Translations under genes and position numbers: made by a program | Shown here: piece after piece, positions 1 to 10,413 of the stretch | Layout of the letters: each line of letters starts with the position of its first letter | Numbering within the stretch: position 1 is the first letter of the stretch | The notes under the pieces: generated by a model | Seen by the model: the letters and a program-made list of their open reading frames with translations, nothing else | What the model was told of the DNA's origin: nothing | Databases searched by the model: none | From: Candidatus Cloacimonadota bacterium | Lineage (GTDB): Bacteria; Cloacimonadota; Cloacimonadia; JGIOTU-2 | DNA: 64,000 nt | Direction of reading: 5' to 3' | NCBI GenBank assembly: GCA_049903315.1 | Contig: JBNGBT010000012.1 | Coordinates: 26,556 to 90,555 of the forward strand

Positions 1-318
1 AAATGTTCCACCTTCAGGATAGAAGGCTTTCATAAGCGTATATTGTTGAAAAGCTGGCGTTTGAGTGCTGTCATAATGCAGTTCGAAGACAACATTTTCA
101 GCATCCTCGAAGCACTGATCGAACCTTTGATCTAGTGGGTAGTCATTGTCTTGTAAAAAGTGGATCGAGCCCATAAGGTATACTGTATTGTTGTCCGATT
201 CGATTTTCCAGATGCAGACATTTTCGCTTTTCTGAACATCTTCTGCAAAAAGAAATCCAGTTATACCGATTATGAGGATAATTAAAAATAGGATGTTTTG
301 AAGGACTTTTTTATTCAT
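1..318 (-). CDS. TraB/GumN family protein, N-terminal part (runs off window start)
   Basis: Manual translation from ATG at 318: signal peptide, then CIWKIESDNNTVYLMGSIHFL...YPLDQRF...AENVVFE, typical of the TraB/GumN N-terminus. Confidence 0.75.
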   Translation of the reverse strand, partial: MNKKVLQNILFLIILIIGITGFLFAEDVQKSENVCIWKIESDNNTVYLMGSIHFLQDNDYPLDQRFDQCFEDAENVVFELHYDSTQTPAFQQYTLMKAFYPEGGTF

Positions 319-412
319 GAGATTCCTTTGTAAAATTTCGGATAAGAAAAAATTATACAGATTCCTATGCAAGAAATTTATTACAAAAAAGTGAGGTGAA
401 AATTTTCCTGGC

Positions 413-1177
413 TTATTTCACTCTGTACCAGTACTGATATTGCTCATCAAAACCGAGTTTCTTGTACAAGTGTAACGCAACCGAATTATCGAGCATGACC
501 TGTAAGTAAGAGGTGATAGCTCCTTTTAATTTTCCCCATTGCATAAGCGCTGTCACGATATAATAACCCAGTCCAACTCCACGATGTTCTTTATCCACAA
601 CAATATCAAAAAGCCCAATATAATCTCCCTGCATCACACCGAGTCCACATCCCACAATCTGGTTGCTGATGCTGTAGCTTGCAAACACTGTTTCGGGAAC
701 AATGTTCTTTAAAATTTTGTAATAGGTTTGTATTTTTGATCTATCATATTCATTAAGTTCGACGAATGACCGTACCCAATCTTCGTGTAGTTCCTCATCG
801 AGAACGATGCCCTGTTTTGTTGCGAAGTGAGCTTGAGTAAGATTACAGGTCTGCACAGATGTTTCCGCCTGCGTATGGTATCCTCTTAGGTCAAGCATTT
901 CATCAAGACCTGGAGGATACACGTGTGAAGTAAGTTTGAAAATAGTCGATAGATTCTTTTTGCGGTATAGCTTTTCACAAAATGAAATTTTCACCTCGGC
1001 ATTAAGCGTGGAACCCAAAATTGGACTTACGCAATTTGAACGTCTTGTCACACCATTTGCAAAACGAAGAATCCAGCCATCATAGAACATGGTTTGAAGC
1101 GAGGGCCACGCATTCATGGTGTGTTGTTCTAAAATTTGAATAGTAATATTATCTTTCATCATCTCATCTGTTGTCAC
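413..1177 (-). CDS. GNAT family N-acetyltransferase (start may be ATG 1162)
   Basis: NAWP...DGWILRFANGVTRRSN N-terminus; acetyl-CoA motif VDKEHRGVGLG; NSVALHLYKKLGF. Confidence 0.85.
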   Translation of the reverse strand: MTTDEMMKDNITIQILEQHTMNAWPSLQTMFYDGWILRFANGVTRRSNCVSPILGSTLNAEVKISFCEKLYRKKNLSTIFKLTSHVYPPGLDEMLDLRGYHTQAETSVQTCNLTQAHFATKQGIVLDEELHEDWVRSFVELNEYDRSKIQTYYKILKNIVPETVFASYSISNQIVGCGLGVMQGDYIGLFDIVVDKEHRGVGLGYYIVTALMQWGKLKGAITSYLQVMLDNSVALHLYKKLGFDEQYQYWYRVK

Positions 1178-1240
1178 TTATAAACTTGGGTGTAAGCAAG
1201 TATTTATAAATACTCTTGTTATCATCGATCTTATACTTAT

Positions 1241-3235
1241 TTATACATTTTTTCTGGCTTCCTTGATGCAGTCCATAAGAAAATTCATGGCTTTTTCATC
1301 TACGAATGGTGACATTACGAATGATTTAATAGCAAAAATTGGCGTGCCATATGCCGTATTGCGATAGCATTCTGTTATTGAAAGGGCAATACCTTCTCCA
1401 TTCTCCATCTGCTTGTGCAGCTCATCAAACACTCTTCGGTTATAGTCGTTATGAACTTTCAATTGATCTGCCAGACCCGGAGTTTTAATCTCCATATTGT
1501 ATGTTGAAGCTGCGTCCATGCCATCAGGATAAAGTCTGAACAGGGTGACAGGTCCATAATTATACGTATTGAGGGGACATGCATAGTGTGTTTCTTCCAA
1601 TTTTGAACGTAAAAATTCCGCCATTGACACAATATGCCCAAGGATTGTTCGGTATCCTTCCTTACCCAATAAAATAAAATTAGCAAGTGCGGATAGGACA
1701 GCGCCACCAGAGCGTGATGTTTCCAGCGTAAAAACTCCTGGATGATAACTCCCGAACTGGAACATGTAGGGCATCTCTGCTAAATTTCGTGTGATAAGAT
1801 TCAGGTCTTCCTTATTTTTACAGAGGAAAAGGCTGGATACATATGGTCCATACCCGGTTTTATGGAAATCCAATCCAAGAGAATCAGCCATTTGAAGAGC
1901 GCGAATATTCACGCATGTATCCCACAGTGAACGCAGGGTACGAGCGGAAAATTCCATAGGATTGCCTTCGAAATCGTAATCATTGAAAACAGCCCATGCC
2001 CACCCGATAACTGCATCTGCATGAATATGCGGCCTGTAGGAAAGTTTGTATTCAGCAGCAAGATTATCCCTTAACCTGACGATGTATTCCAAATTGTCGA
2101 TGCCAAAGGAGTCAGTCGTACCCATTGTTGCGATGATACAAGCGATCTTTTTGCCTTGTTTTAATTGTTTTCTAAGAGTCGATTCCAAAGAGATCAGATC
2201 CATGGAATTATCACTATCTGTAGGGACGGAGACAATGCTGTCAGTCCCGATACCCAACCAACCCGAAACACTCACTTTTGCATAATGACCTGCTTCTGAT
2301 GAGACGATGATTGGTTTTTCACCAACTCCATGTTTGAACGTTCCTGGCATTGCTTTCTCGAGACCGATTTTCAGACCATAGAGTACAGTCCCTGTTCCTC
2401 CAAATGTAAATATGCCAGCACTTTTGCTCTGATCGTAGCCGATAAGCGATGCGCACATGCTTGAAATTTCTACTTCAGCCTGGCTGACTTTATGACTATA
2501 TTCATCCCAGATTATGTTTGGATTATAAATTGAGCCGAATAATTGCCCTACAATCGATGGAATAGTTGTGGGTGGAATAACATTTTCATGAAGATGGGGA
2601 TGCCCCCAGATGACAATGCCCTGCATGTAATCAGCTATAGTTTGGATCGTGTCTTCAAGTGTACACATTTTTTCCGATAACTTTTTGGTTCTAGCTTCAG
2701 TGTAATCCAGAGCAACTCGCTCGCCAAGGTAAGGTTTTTCTGTTTTCAGCCGGTCGATACAATTCAAGCCCTGCGAAATCGACTGAACAAAGTACGCATC
2801 ACGGATGGGATCGGAAACAGGTGCGGGAAAAGAGTCTCGTACTTTTGAGAGCAGCTTCTGATAGGTAACTCCCTGCTCTCCATGCACATCAGATTTTTCT
2901 TCAGCCATCGTTCCGTTTGTGAAGGATTTCTCAAGTCCGATCAATTCCAGCACTCTTCTCACGTTCGGTTGTATGTTCACCAGCCGAATTTTACTTACTG
3001 AGGATATGTTCTTTTTTTGCTCGATCTTCCCTGCTTTTTTGTAAAGGAAGATCAGGATTCGTACACCTGCACTAGAAATGTAATGAACTCCTGCAAAATC
3101 CAAAATGATGGGCAATTTTTCTTTGACAAGTAGTGGCTCTACCTTATCTTCCAGCTCAGGAGCACTTTCAGCATTAAGAGGTCCAACACAATATACTATT
3201 ATTCGATTTGCTCTTTTATCGATACCAATATCCAT
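1241..3235 (-). CDS. STAS (anti-anti-sigma-like) domain fused to group II PLP-dependent decarboxylase
   Basis: N-terminal LDFAGVHYISSAGVR STAS motif; decarboxylase motifs FTFGGT, ATMGTTD, HIHADAVIG, DFHK (PLP lysine). Confidence 0.85.
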   Translation of the reverse strand: MDIGIDKRANRIIVYCVGPLNAESAPELEDKVEPLLVKEKLPIILDFAGVHYISSAGVRILIFLYKKAGKIEQKKNISSVSKIRLVNIQPNVRRVLELIGLEKSFTNGTMAEEKSDVHGEQGVTYQKLLSKVRDSFPAPVSDPIRDAYFVQSISQGLNCIDRLKTEKPYLGERVALDYTEARTKKLSEKMCTLEDTIQTIADYMQGIVIWGHPHLHENVIPPTTIPSIVGQLFGSIYNPNIIWDEYSHKVSQAEVEISSMCASLIGYDQSKSAGIFTFGGTGTVLYGLKIGLEKAMPGTFKHGVGEKPIIVSSEAGHYAKVSVSGWLGIGTDSIVSVPTDSDNSMDLISLESTLRKQLKQGKKIACIIATMGTTDSFGIDNLEYIVRLRDNLAAEYKLSYRPHIHADAVIGWAWAVFNDYDFEGNPMEFSARTLRSLWDTCVNIRALQMADSLGLDFHKTGYGPYVSSLFLCKNKEDLNLITRNLAEMPYMFQFGSYHPGVFTLETSRSGGAVLSALANFILLGKEGYRTILGHIVSMAEFLRSKLEETHYACPLNTYNYGPVTLFRLYPDGMDAASTYNMEIKTPGLADQLKVHNDYNRRVFDELHKQMENGEGIALSITECYRNTAYGTPIFAIKSFVMSPFVDEKAMNFLMDCIKEARKNV

Positions 3236-3286
3236 GTGTGACTCTCCTCCGTATTTTGTAATCTATAAAAATCCAACTAAAAAAAA

Positions 3287-3362
<76 letters not shown>

Positions 3363-3380
3363 ACCTAAAATTTATGTATA

Positions 3381-6300
3381 TTATTTTATTAAGAGGAGTC
3401 TTTTTACTCCGGACTCGTAATTCTCTGTCAATAATTTGTAGAGATAAACGCCATTTGCCAGCGTTCTGCCGCTGTTGTCTTTACCATTCCATTGCACGGA
3501 AAAAGAGCCATTTGCAAATGGAATTTCGCGGACTTTCTGTCCTTTGATATTGAATACAGCAACTTTTGCCTGCTCGAAATGGAATGCTCCAGGATTATAA
3601 GAAATTGATGTAGAATTCTTAAATGGATTCGGGAAATTCTGATAAAGCATAAAATCATTGGACGGCATTTCTGGCTCAACTGCGTATGTCAGATTATCTG
3701 CATAATTGCCTGTTCTCTGTATGTTACCGCGATAAAGTGTCCATGGATGGAATGAGCCGTGAAGCTCCTTGTAATCCCAAACCGATATACCGGAAGTGGA
3801 ACCTGCAATAATCTCGTAGTCACCATCTCCATCAAGATCGTGGATAGCAATTGGTGAAGTAACTGAGGTCGGATTGCAAATTGGAAATTCCGGAAGCAGT
3901 GTCCCGTCATATGCATAACTATAAATATGACCATCCTGAGTTGCTGCAAGGATTTCTACATTCCCGTCGTTATTTATATCAGCTGCAAGGGGGCTTGTCT
4001 TGGACGTATTATTCATGCTTACAGGCCATCCATTTTGTGTCACTCCACTTGCATCTAGTATTCGCACTTCTCCATTCAAAGAAGAATAGCTGATGTTGAA
4101 CGCGCCACCCGGATACTTCGCAAATGCAATAGGAGAAGAGAACAAACTTGCGGATAGATTCTCTTGATGGATAATTGTGCCAGTGTTATCAATTATATAC
4201 AGCTTATTGCTGCTATTTCCAAAGGTGATATAATTCGTATCAAAAATAACTGGTGAAGACCAAATATGGGATTCTGTCTGCACAGGGAATCCAGTGAGTA
4301 CTTCTGCATTGCTGTCTATGGCATACACTTTACCATTTGTTAAGCCGACGATCATATCCATAACACCATCTTCGTTAATGTCCCCGACTGCGACATCAGA
4401 GCACAGAGGTGCATCAAATTCGTAGGGGAAATTCATGAAATCATTTCCTTCATAATCTAGCACATAGAGTTTGCCGTCAATGCTGGAAACTATCGTTTCA
4501 AGGAAACCATTATCATCAAGATCGGCAAGGGCTGGTGTGGTTATTATCTGTCCGCCAGCAGTATAGGAGAAAACCTGTGATCCGTCATAATTAATGGCAT
4601 AGATCGCACCATTTCTTCCGGCTATAACAAGTTCAAGTTCATCATCATTATCTATATCGCCAGCCGCAAGAGATGCCCATACCTCGTCATTAAGCTGGAT
4701 AGGAAAACCAGGTTTTGTCTGTGCATCTGTAGTGATCGCATACACATTACCCATGCGGTCAACTGTGACGATCTCATCCTCACCGTCATTATCAAAATCA
4801 ATCACAATTGGTGAAGATTTCACTTCTGCACCGAGATATGTGGGCCAGTTCGTTTGTAAAAGAGAAATCTGGAATGTGCCATAATACGTCTTATCAAAGG
4901 GATAAGTTGCAGTTTGATTCGAGGTAATATGAAGCTGGAAATGAATATCTTCGTATCCGCAACTGTTGCTGACAGTAAATACAAATGGATTCGAGATATT
5001 ATCAATGCTGTTACCAGCTGAAAGAGATCCGTAGTTATATGTACTGTTCTGAACCAAAATAAAGCTGCTATCGCAAATGAATTCGACTTCTATATTCTCA
5101 GCAGTCTGCCAGTCAGGCATATTTCGGATCTCGACGACCATTTCGATTTGTTCGCCAGGATTGATTATGCCGTCATTGTCTCCAGTTGTATCGAAAAATT
5201 CTATATTCGCGACTTCTAAGTATGGAAATTCTCCATCAGTCATGATAACAGTAGTTCCGGGATCTCCGAACAAGACCAATTCATAGTAACACCAACGCAT
5301 CCATGGATTATCAACTGTCGAAACGAGCGCTACTTTGGAGTAGTTATTGGCTTTGCCAAGTTCTCTGATATTCTCGATAAAAAGTGCATCAAAAAAGGTT
5401 CTGTCAAACTGCTGTGAAGTGCCCTCGATTGAACCGGGAGAATACCAACCGTAACGTGTATTCCCGACAAAAGCCATTGGGCCGTGCTCTGCGATGACAA
5501 GGCGTTCACCCACACATTCTGCGGATCCGCTTGTACCATCATCAAAGGCAGCAGGATAACAGCCTTGAGTATACATGAAGCCATATTCATCATTGATAAA
5601 TGAGTCAGGAGTGTTCGGGCTCATCCCCATAAGGATGCTATAATTCGCATGCCCCATGTGATTTATGATTCCCATTCCTGAATTGATCGCATTTTTTACT
5701 GCAGTTCCGGAATAGGTTCCTTCGCGCTGATATAATGTATAAAAATGATAATTATCTACAGGAATTCGGGTCGCGACATCGTCTTTATAATCACCACCCC
5801 AGGTCACAGGATTCCAGTTGAGATTTTCCCCTACCATGCATGCTTTTTCAAGCGCGGGTTTTGGCTCATCAGTATAACTCTGGATTTTATTGATAGCATT
5901 TACGAAATCCTGCTGAACATCTCCGGGGATTCTTCCAACTGAGACTTCGGGGTAGAAATCAGGATTATCTTCCATTTCACCATATCTGCTGTCACCATCT
6001 CCATTCCAGTTCCCATCCAGCCCTTCATAATAAAGGTCGGAAGGAATGTAGCCGATCGTGCCGCCGGCAGCCACATAAAAACTCACACTTGGGATAATCT
6101 CGTCATCCCCACCAAGCAATACATATTCAAGAGGATTGCTTGAGCCAGCCCAAAAAGTATATGCAATGATAAGAAAATTTCGTATTTTCTCTGCTTCATT
6201 AGCACCGGCATAGTTGTCCAGGATGTCTTCAACTGTATAAATCTCTGCCTGAACGCCACGGTTTATTTTCCAATTCTTAAAACCAGTAAAGGTGGGAAGA

Positions 6301-7001
6301 AAATTTTCAGAAGTAATAATAATATAATCATGAGGATCTGTTGGATCTACAAGATTGTCACGAAAGGATACTTTTGCTTCTTTACCGATATATGAGTGTT
6401 TTTCATAGGAGTTGTCCACCATAGCATCAAGTTTGGAAAGGACTGTATCTGAATTCTGCAGCATTTTTGATTGATAGTCCGCAATCTCCTGATCATACAC
6501 CGTTTCTACTTCCAATGACCAGTTTGAAGCATACTCAACAGTGCCTGTTCCCGGAATATATCTGATTGGAAACACATTGATTAATGCTATGGAATGGCCT
6601 TTATACATCTCTGTACTGATCAGCTTGTATTCAACTGCAGGATAAGGCGCATCTGATTTGTAGAGCACCTCATTTTTGAGTGTAGGAATGATTTCCGTAA
6701 CACTCGTGGGCTGCTGGTTTCTGGCAAAATCAATATATGTATCAGTGGAGACGAGATCCCAATCTGAATGAGAAATCATGATATCGGATATCTTTTCGCC
6801 AAAAGGAAGAAGTATCTTTGCTCCGTAAAAAGGAATAAGAGGTTCGCCTGGAACCTGTTGCACGGTAGCAAGATCTGCAACTATTCGATTTTCAATAATC
6901 GAAGGGCGGTCAAAAGTGAAGTCCACTTGAAGATCTGATGTATAGGCAAGACTTAACGTCAGAAATAATGTACTAACGACTACAAGAAGGTATTTTTTCA
7001 T
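3381..7001 (-). CDS. Secreted C25 (gingipain-like) cysteine peptidase with propeptide, FG-GAP repeats and T9SS-A/FlgD-Ig-like CTD
   Basis: Signal peptide; YVLLGGD, SDLYY, VSVGRIP, catalytic NHMGH and QGC, LFGDP; DxDxDG repeats; C-terminal QNFPNPF...FNIKGQKV...WNGKD...GVYLYK. Confidence 0.88.
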   Translation of the reverse strand: MKKYLLVVVSTLFLTLSLAYTSDLQVDFTFDRPSIIENRIVADLATVQQVPGEPLIPFYGAKILLPFGEKISDIMISHSDWDLVSTDTYIDFARNQQPTSVTEIIPTLKNEVLYKSDAPYPAVEYKLISTEMYKGHSIALINVFPIRYIPGTGTVEYASNWSLEVETVYDQEIADYQSKMLQNSDTVLSKLDAMVDNSYEKHSYIGKEAKVSFRDNLVDPTDPHDYIIITSENFLPTFTGFKNWKINRGVQAEIYTVEDILDNYAGANEAEKIRNFLIIAYTFWAGSSNPLEYVLLGGDDEIIPSVSFYVAAGGTIGYIPSDLYYEGLDGNWNGDGDSRYGEMEDNPDFYPEVSVGRIPGDVQQDFVNAINKIQSYTDEPKPALEKACMVGENLNWNPVTWGGDYKDDVATRIPVDNYHFYTLYQREGTYSGTAVKNAINSGMGIINHMGHANYSILMGMSPNTPDSFINDEYGFMYTQGCYPAAFDDGTSGSAECVGERLVIAEHGPMAFVGNTRYGWYSPGSIEGTSQQFDRTFFDALFIENIRELGKANNYSKVALVSTVDNPWMRWCYYELVLFGDPGTTVIMTDGEFPYLEVANIEFFDTTGDNDGIINPGEQIEMVVEIRNMPDWQTAENIEVEFICDSSFILVQNSTYNYGSLSAGNSIDNISNPFVFTVSNSCGYEDIHFQLHITSNQTATYPFDKTYYGTFQISLLQTNWPTYLGAEVKSSPIVIDFDNDGEDEIVTVDRMGNVYAITTDAQTKPGFPIQLNDEVWASLAAGDIDNDDELELVIAGRNGAIYAINYDGSQVFSYTAGGQIITTPALADLDDNGFLETIVSSIDGKLYVLDYEGNDFMNFPYEFDAPLCSDVAVGDINEDGVMDMIVGLTNGKVYAIDSNAEVLTGFPVQTESHIWSSPVIFDTNYITFGNSSNKLYIIDNTGTIIHQENLSASLFSSPIAFAKYPGGAFNISYSSLNGEVRILDASGVTQNGWPVSMNNTSKTSPLAADINNDGNVEILAATQDGHIYSYAYDGTLLPEFPICNPTSVTSPIAIHDLDGDGDYEIIAGSTSGISVWDYKELHGSFHPWTLYRGNIQRTGNYADNLTYAVEPEMPSNDFMLYQNFPNPFKNSTSISYNPGAFHFEQAKVAVFNIKGQKVREIPFANGSFSVQWNGKDNSGRTLANGVYLYKLLTENYESGVKRLLLIK

Positions 7002-7031
7002 TTATGCTCCTAATAACTTATATTTTTTCAC

Positions 7032-7604
7032 ATTAACCACAAACTTCAGTTTGTGGTAACAGAACATCAATGGGTGAAGTCCTTTCAAGGACTTCCCAAT
7101 AAATCATATTTTTCCATATAATGTTCCCATTCATCCAAAAAGGTTACTTTCTTATGATGCTCTTTTTGATTATTTATATACTGAATTATACTATTAATTT
7201 CACTATTTGAAACAGAAAAAGCCGCATATCTCTTAGACCAACTAAATCTTGTTTTGAAAAGCCCAACTTCATTAATTGAATGTGATGATATACCTTTCAA
7301 ATATTGCAACAATTTTTCGATAGATAAATTAACAGGCAAATCAACAAGTAAGTGTACATGTTCAGGATTTATATAGCCCGTCTTATAATATATTTCGTGT
7401 TGTTTACAAATATCCTTTAATATTATAATCACTTTTTTTGATATGTCGGCATCTACAAAATAAGGATATCTTTCTTTAGTTGACCAGATCAAATGTAACC
7501 AGCACACTTTCATAGAATGTTTAGGCATTATTCATCATCGTAAGCCATTGAAATGGCTGGTCATCTGGTTCGGGTAATCCCACACGCTGAAGCGTGTGGT
7601 TAAT
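7032..7604 (-). mobile_element. IS200-like/RAYT-like element: tnpA flanked by paired hairpins
   Basis: Hairpins at 7036-7057, 7076-7095, 7543-7558 and 7580-7599 with TTCA/TGAA loops, around an HUH transposase gene. Confidence 0.75.
7085..7528 (-). CDS. tnpA: IS200/IS605-family Y1 HUH transposase
   Basis: HLIWSTKER, EHVHLL (HUH), LKGISS, FSWSKRYAAFSVS, YINNQKEHH (catalytic Tyr). Confidence 0.92.
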   Translation of the reverse strand: MPKHSMKVCWLHLIWSTKERYPYFVDADISKKVIIILKDICKQHEIYYKTGYINPEHVHLLVDLPVNLSIEKLLQYLKGISSHSINEVGLFKTRFSWSKRYAAFSVSNSEINSIIQYINNQKEHHKKVTFLDEWEHYMEKYDLLGSP

Positions 7605-7786
7605 AAGATTCTTCTTTTCATATTTTTATATTCAAGCTTATAATATCATTTATTCATTGATTCTATATATTTCTATTAAAATGTAGGAAGGTGATATTTT
7701 TTGTCAAAATTAACGGAAATAAGGAGCTCTGATTTGTGGACTCCAAATTTACATTGTATGAGAGATATTCTATGAATTAAACGAGA

Positions 7787-9112
7787 CTAAACCGACAGAT
7801 CCTTCTGCAATTGTCTTTGATAATAACGGGCTTTTTCAAAGAGTTCATCTTCATTGATTTCAACCAGCTTTCGGTCACGCATGAGGAGTCTGCCATTAAT
7901 AATGACATCCTTCACTGACTCGCTGTGCATCGTGTATACAAGATGGGAATACACATTATACATAGGCATATTTTCAAGTTTGTTACGCTCAAGAAGAATT
8001 ATATCTGCCTTCTTTCCAACTTCGAGAGACCCTAACTCATCTTCTTGATTAAATATCTTTGCGGCTTCTATTGTGACCATACGCACAACTTCTTCAGCGG
8101 GAAGGAATGTTGGATCATTATTGATTGCTTTGTGTACTTTTGCAGTCATGTCCATCTCATCAAGAATACTGAGATTATTATTGCTTGCCACACCGTCAGT
8201 CGCCAATGAGATAGTAACTCCATTATTCTTATAGCCCTTGATCGGTGCAAATCCGGATGAGAGTTTCAGATTACATTCTGTGCATATATTTACACCTACC
8301 TCTTTTTCTGCAAGCAGTCTCTGTTCTTGCTCGTCAATCCATACCCCATGGGCAAGTGATACATCATTCCCAAGAAAACCAATCGAATCCAGATGCTGTA
8401 CAGGACGTACTCCGTACTCTTTCATACAATCAACGACCTCTTTCCTGGCTTCTGAAAGGTGCGTATGAATTAGCATCTTATGAGCACGTGCTTCTTCTGC
8501 TGCTCTTATAAGATTTTCTTTCGAGCATGTATAGATAGAATGGGGCATCATTGCAAAATCAATAAGTTCATTATCTTTGAATTCTTCATGACCTTCAAGA
8601 GCATAATTTATCATACTTTCGGGAGTTTTATGAAATGCCATTGGAAAATCGAGAATGCCTTCTCCAAGGATCGCGCGCATACCTGCTTTTGTCGCGGCAC
8701 GCGCTGTTTCTTTGGAGTAAAAATACATGTCATTTATCATTGTGATTCCGTTTTTTATAAGTTCAGCACATGCATAAAATGAAGAATCATACACGAATTG
8801 AGCTTTGACGAATTTTTCTTCGGCAGGCCAAATGTGATCTTCTAACCACGATTGAAGTAAAAGGTCATCCGCATATCCTCGAAAGAACGACATGGCAATA
8901 TGGCTATGCCCATTTATAAAACCTGGCATTACTATTTTTGATGATGCATCAATGATCTTATCGCCGTTATAGTTGTTCTCAATTTCCTCAGTGGCTCCGA
9001 TCGACACTATTTTTCCTTTATCAATTGCTATTGCCCCATACTCTATTATTTCCATTTCAGAATTGATGGTGACGATGTATCCATTTTTAATTACAATATC
9101 GATATTTTGCAT
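7787..9112 (-). CDS. mtaD: Amidohydrolase, MTA/SAH deaminase family
   Basis: PGFINGHSH, PHSIYTC, HTHLSE, AHGVW, LATDGVASNNNL, GSLEVGKKADI. Confidence 0.78.
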   Translation of the reverse strand: MQNIDIVIKNGYIVTINSEMEIIEYGAIAIDKGKIVSIGATEEIENNYNGDKIIDASSKIVMPGFINGHSHIAMSFFRGYADDLLLQSWLEDHIWPAEEKFVKAQFVYDSSFYACAELIKNGITMINDMYFYSKETARAATKAGMRAILGEGILDFPMAFHKTPESMINYALEGHEEFKDNELIDFAMMPHSIYTCSKENLIRAAEEARAHKMLIHTHLSEARKEVVDCMKEYGVRPVQHLDSIGFLGNDVSLAHGVWIDEQEQRLLAEKEVGVNICTECNLKLSSGFAPIKGYKNNGVTISLATDGVASNNNLSILDEMDMTAKVHKAINNDPTFLPAEEVVRMVTIEAAKIFNQEDELGSLEVGKKADIILLERNKLENMPMYNVYSHLVYTMHSESVKDVIINGRLLMRDRKLVEINEDELFEKARYYQRQLQKDLSV

Positions 9113-9137
9113 ATATGTTCCCTAACCAGAATTTTCT

Positions 9138-9959
9138 TTAAATATTCTTTATGATATGATAGAGCTTATCGCCCATAATGTGAACTTTTTTATTTTTATC
9201 CGAACGCCAGTCTTTAATAGTGTTTTTTGTAAGAAGGACAAAGTCATCATTTTTGTCTTTGGAATTTGAACTTTTCAGACTATTTGCAAGCTTTTTCATG
9301 GAGACCCAGATGGTTTTCACCCTGCGGTCGTCAGCGTCTTTGAGAAGCTCCTGAACATAGGGATATACTTCTGCCGGACGTGAGCGTGCTATTTGAATAA
9401 GTGTATGTGTAATCTTCTTTTGCACTTCAAGACTCTCATCATCAATGATCTTTATAATGAATTCCATGACAAAATGAGGATCTTTTATAGATAAGTTTTC
9501 CAAACCGTGGAAGGATAATGAGCGCTTTCTTTCATCTGTACTTTCTATCCATTTGAGCATATTCTGCTTCATGAGCTGGGGATAATCTTTCCAGAAGAGA
9601 TCCATTATGTTTTCAGCTTCCCATTTGATTGAATCATAATATTCACTCACTATCTCGATCATTGCTTCGGGCTGCTTTTTATAATAATACAAAAAGAAGA
9701 AAAGTGCAGTTGCACGTTTTGTATATATCTTGGAATCCAGCAATCCCCTCATCAGGTCTGCAAGCTTGTCCTTCTCGTCTGAATCAGCAGCAGTTTTCCC
9801 AACGATTTCACGACCGAAATAATTCTTACACGCAGCAAGTTCCTCGATTTTCTTCGTTCCTTTTTTCTCATTTGATTTATATATTTCAAGAGCGGCAATC
9901 GTTTCTTGTTGTAATTCTTTTTCTTCTCTATCTGTTAAACGTCCAATTTTATTTACCAT
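9138..9959 (-). CDS. HEAT/ARM-repeat helical protein (AlkD-like fold possible)
   Basis: Helical repeats such as DDESLEVQKKITHTLIQIARSRP; no catalytic motif recognised. Confidence 0.5.
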   Translation of the reverse strand: MVNKIGRLTDREEKELQQETIAALEIYKSNEKKGTKKIEELAACKNYFGREIVGKTAADSDEKDKLADLMRGLLDSKIYTKRATALFFFLYYYKKQPEAMIEIVSEYYDSIKWEAENIMDLFWKDYPQLMKQNMLKWIESTDERKRSLSFHGLENLSIKDPHFVMEFIIKIIDDESLEVQKKITHTLIQIARSRPAEVYPYVQELLKDADDRRVKTIWVSMKKLANSLKSSNSKDKNDDFVLLTKNTIKDWRSDKNKKVHIMGDKLYHIIKNI

Positions 9960-10349
9960 GATAATCCTTTCGTGGAATTGAATACATTTTGTCTGATGAA
10001 ACTGATGTATAGTATATAAGAAATCCTGTAAATAACAAATTACTTATCCATTCTCCTCATGGGGTATGTGCGATTGCAACTTGTTTTGGTTATGAAAAAA
10101 GAAACCGGGTTTATGTTGTCAAGAATTAAAAAAACAAAACCGGAAAGGATATCAAAACAATCCTCTTTCTACCTTTTCGAATCTACCAAAATCCTTGAGC
10201 ACATCATTCTCATCCCTTCAGTGCTTAAATCGAAAAATAGAGAAGATCAAAAAATTAATTTTGATGAAATAAGACCTTAAGCTTCCCCAAGCCAGTCTCC
10301 ATTATATCACGACTTGATAAACTGGTGCTTGGTAAAGTGCAAATATATA

Positions 10350-10375
10350 AAAAGGGCTGATTGCTTTCAGCCCTT
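10350..10375 (-). terminator. Intrinsic terminator after gcvT
   Basis: Minus strand AAGGGCTGAAAGCAATCAGCCCTT followed by T run. Confidence 0.75.
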
Positions 10376-10413
10376 GAATATTTTCCTGCATTCTGAATGT
10401 ATGCTTCGTCTGT

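Noticed and set aside
7530..7786. tnpB/iscB or omega-RNA partner of tnpA
   Set aside because: No suitable ORF; only about 250 bp of AT-rich DNA before the next gene
10059..10280. 73-aa plus-strand ORF and other short antisense or overlapping ORFs in the track
   Set aside because: No recognisable motif or clear RBS; most are shadows of longer genes on the other strand or frame
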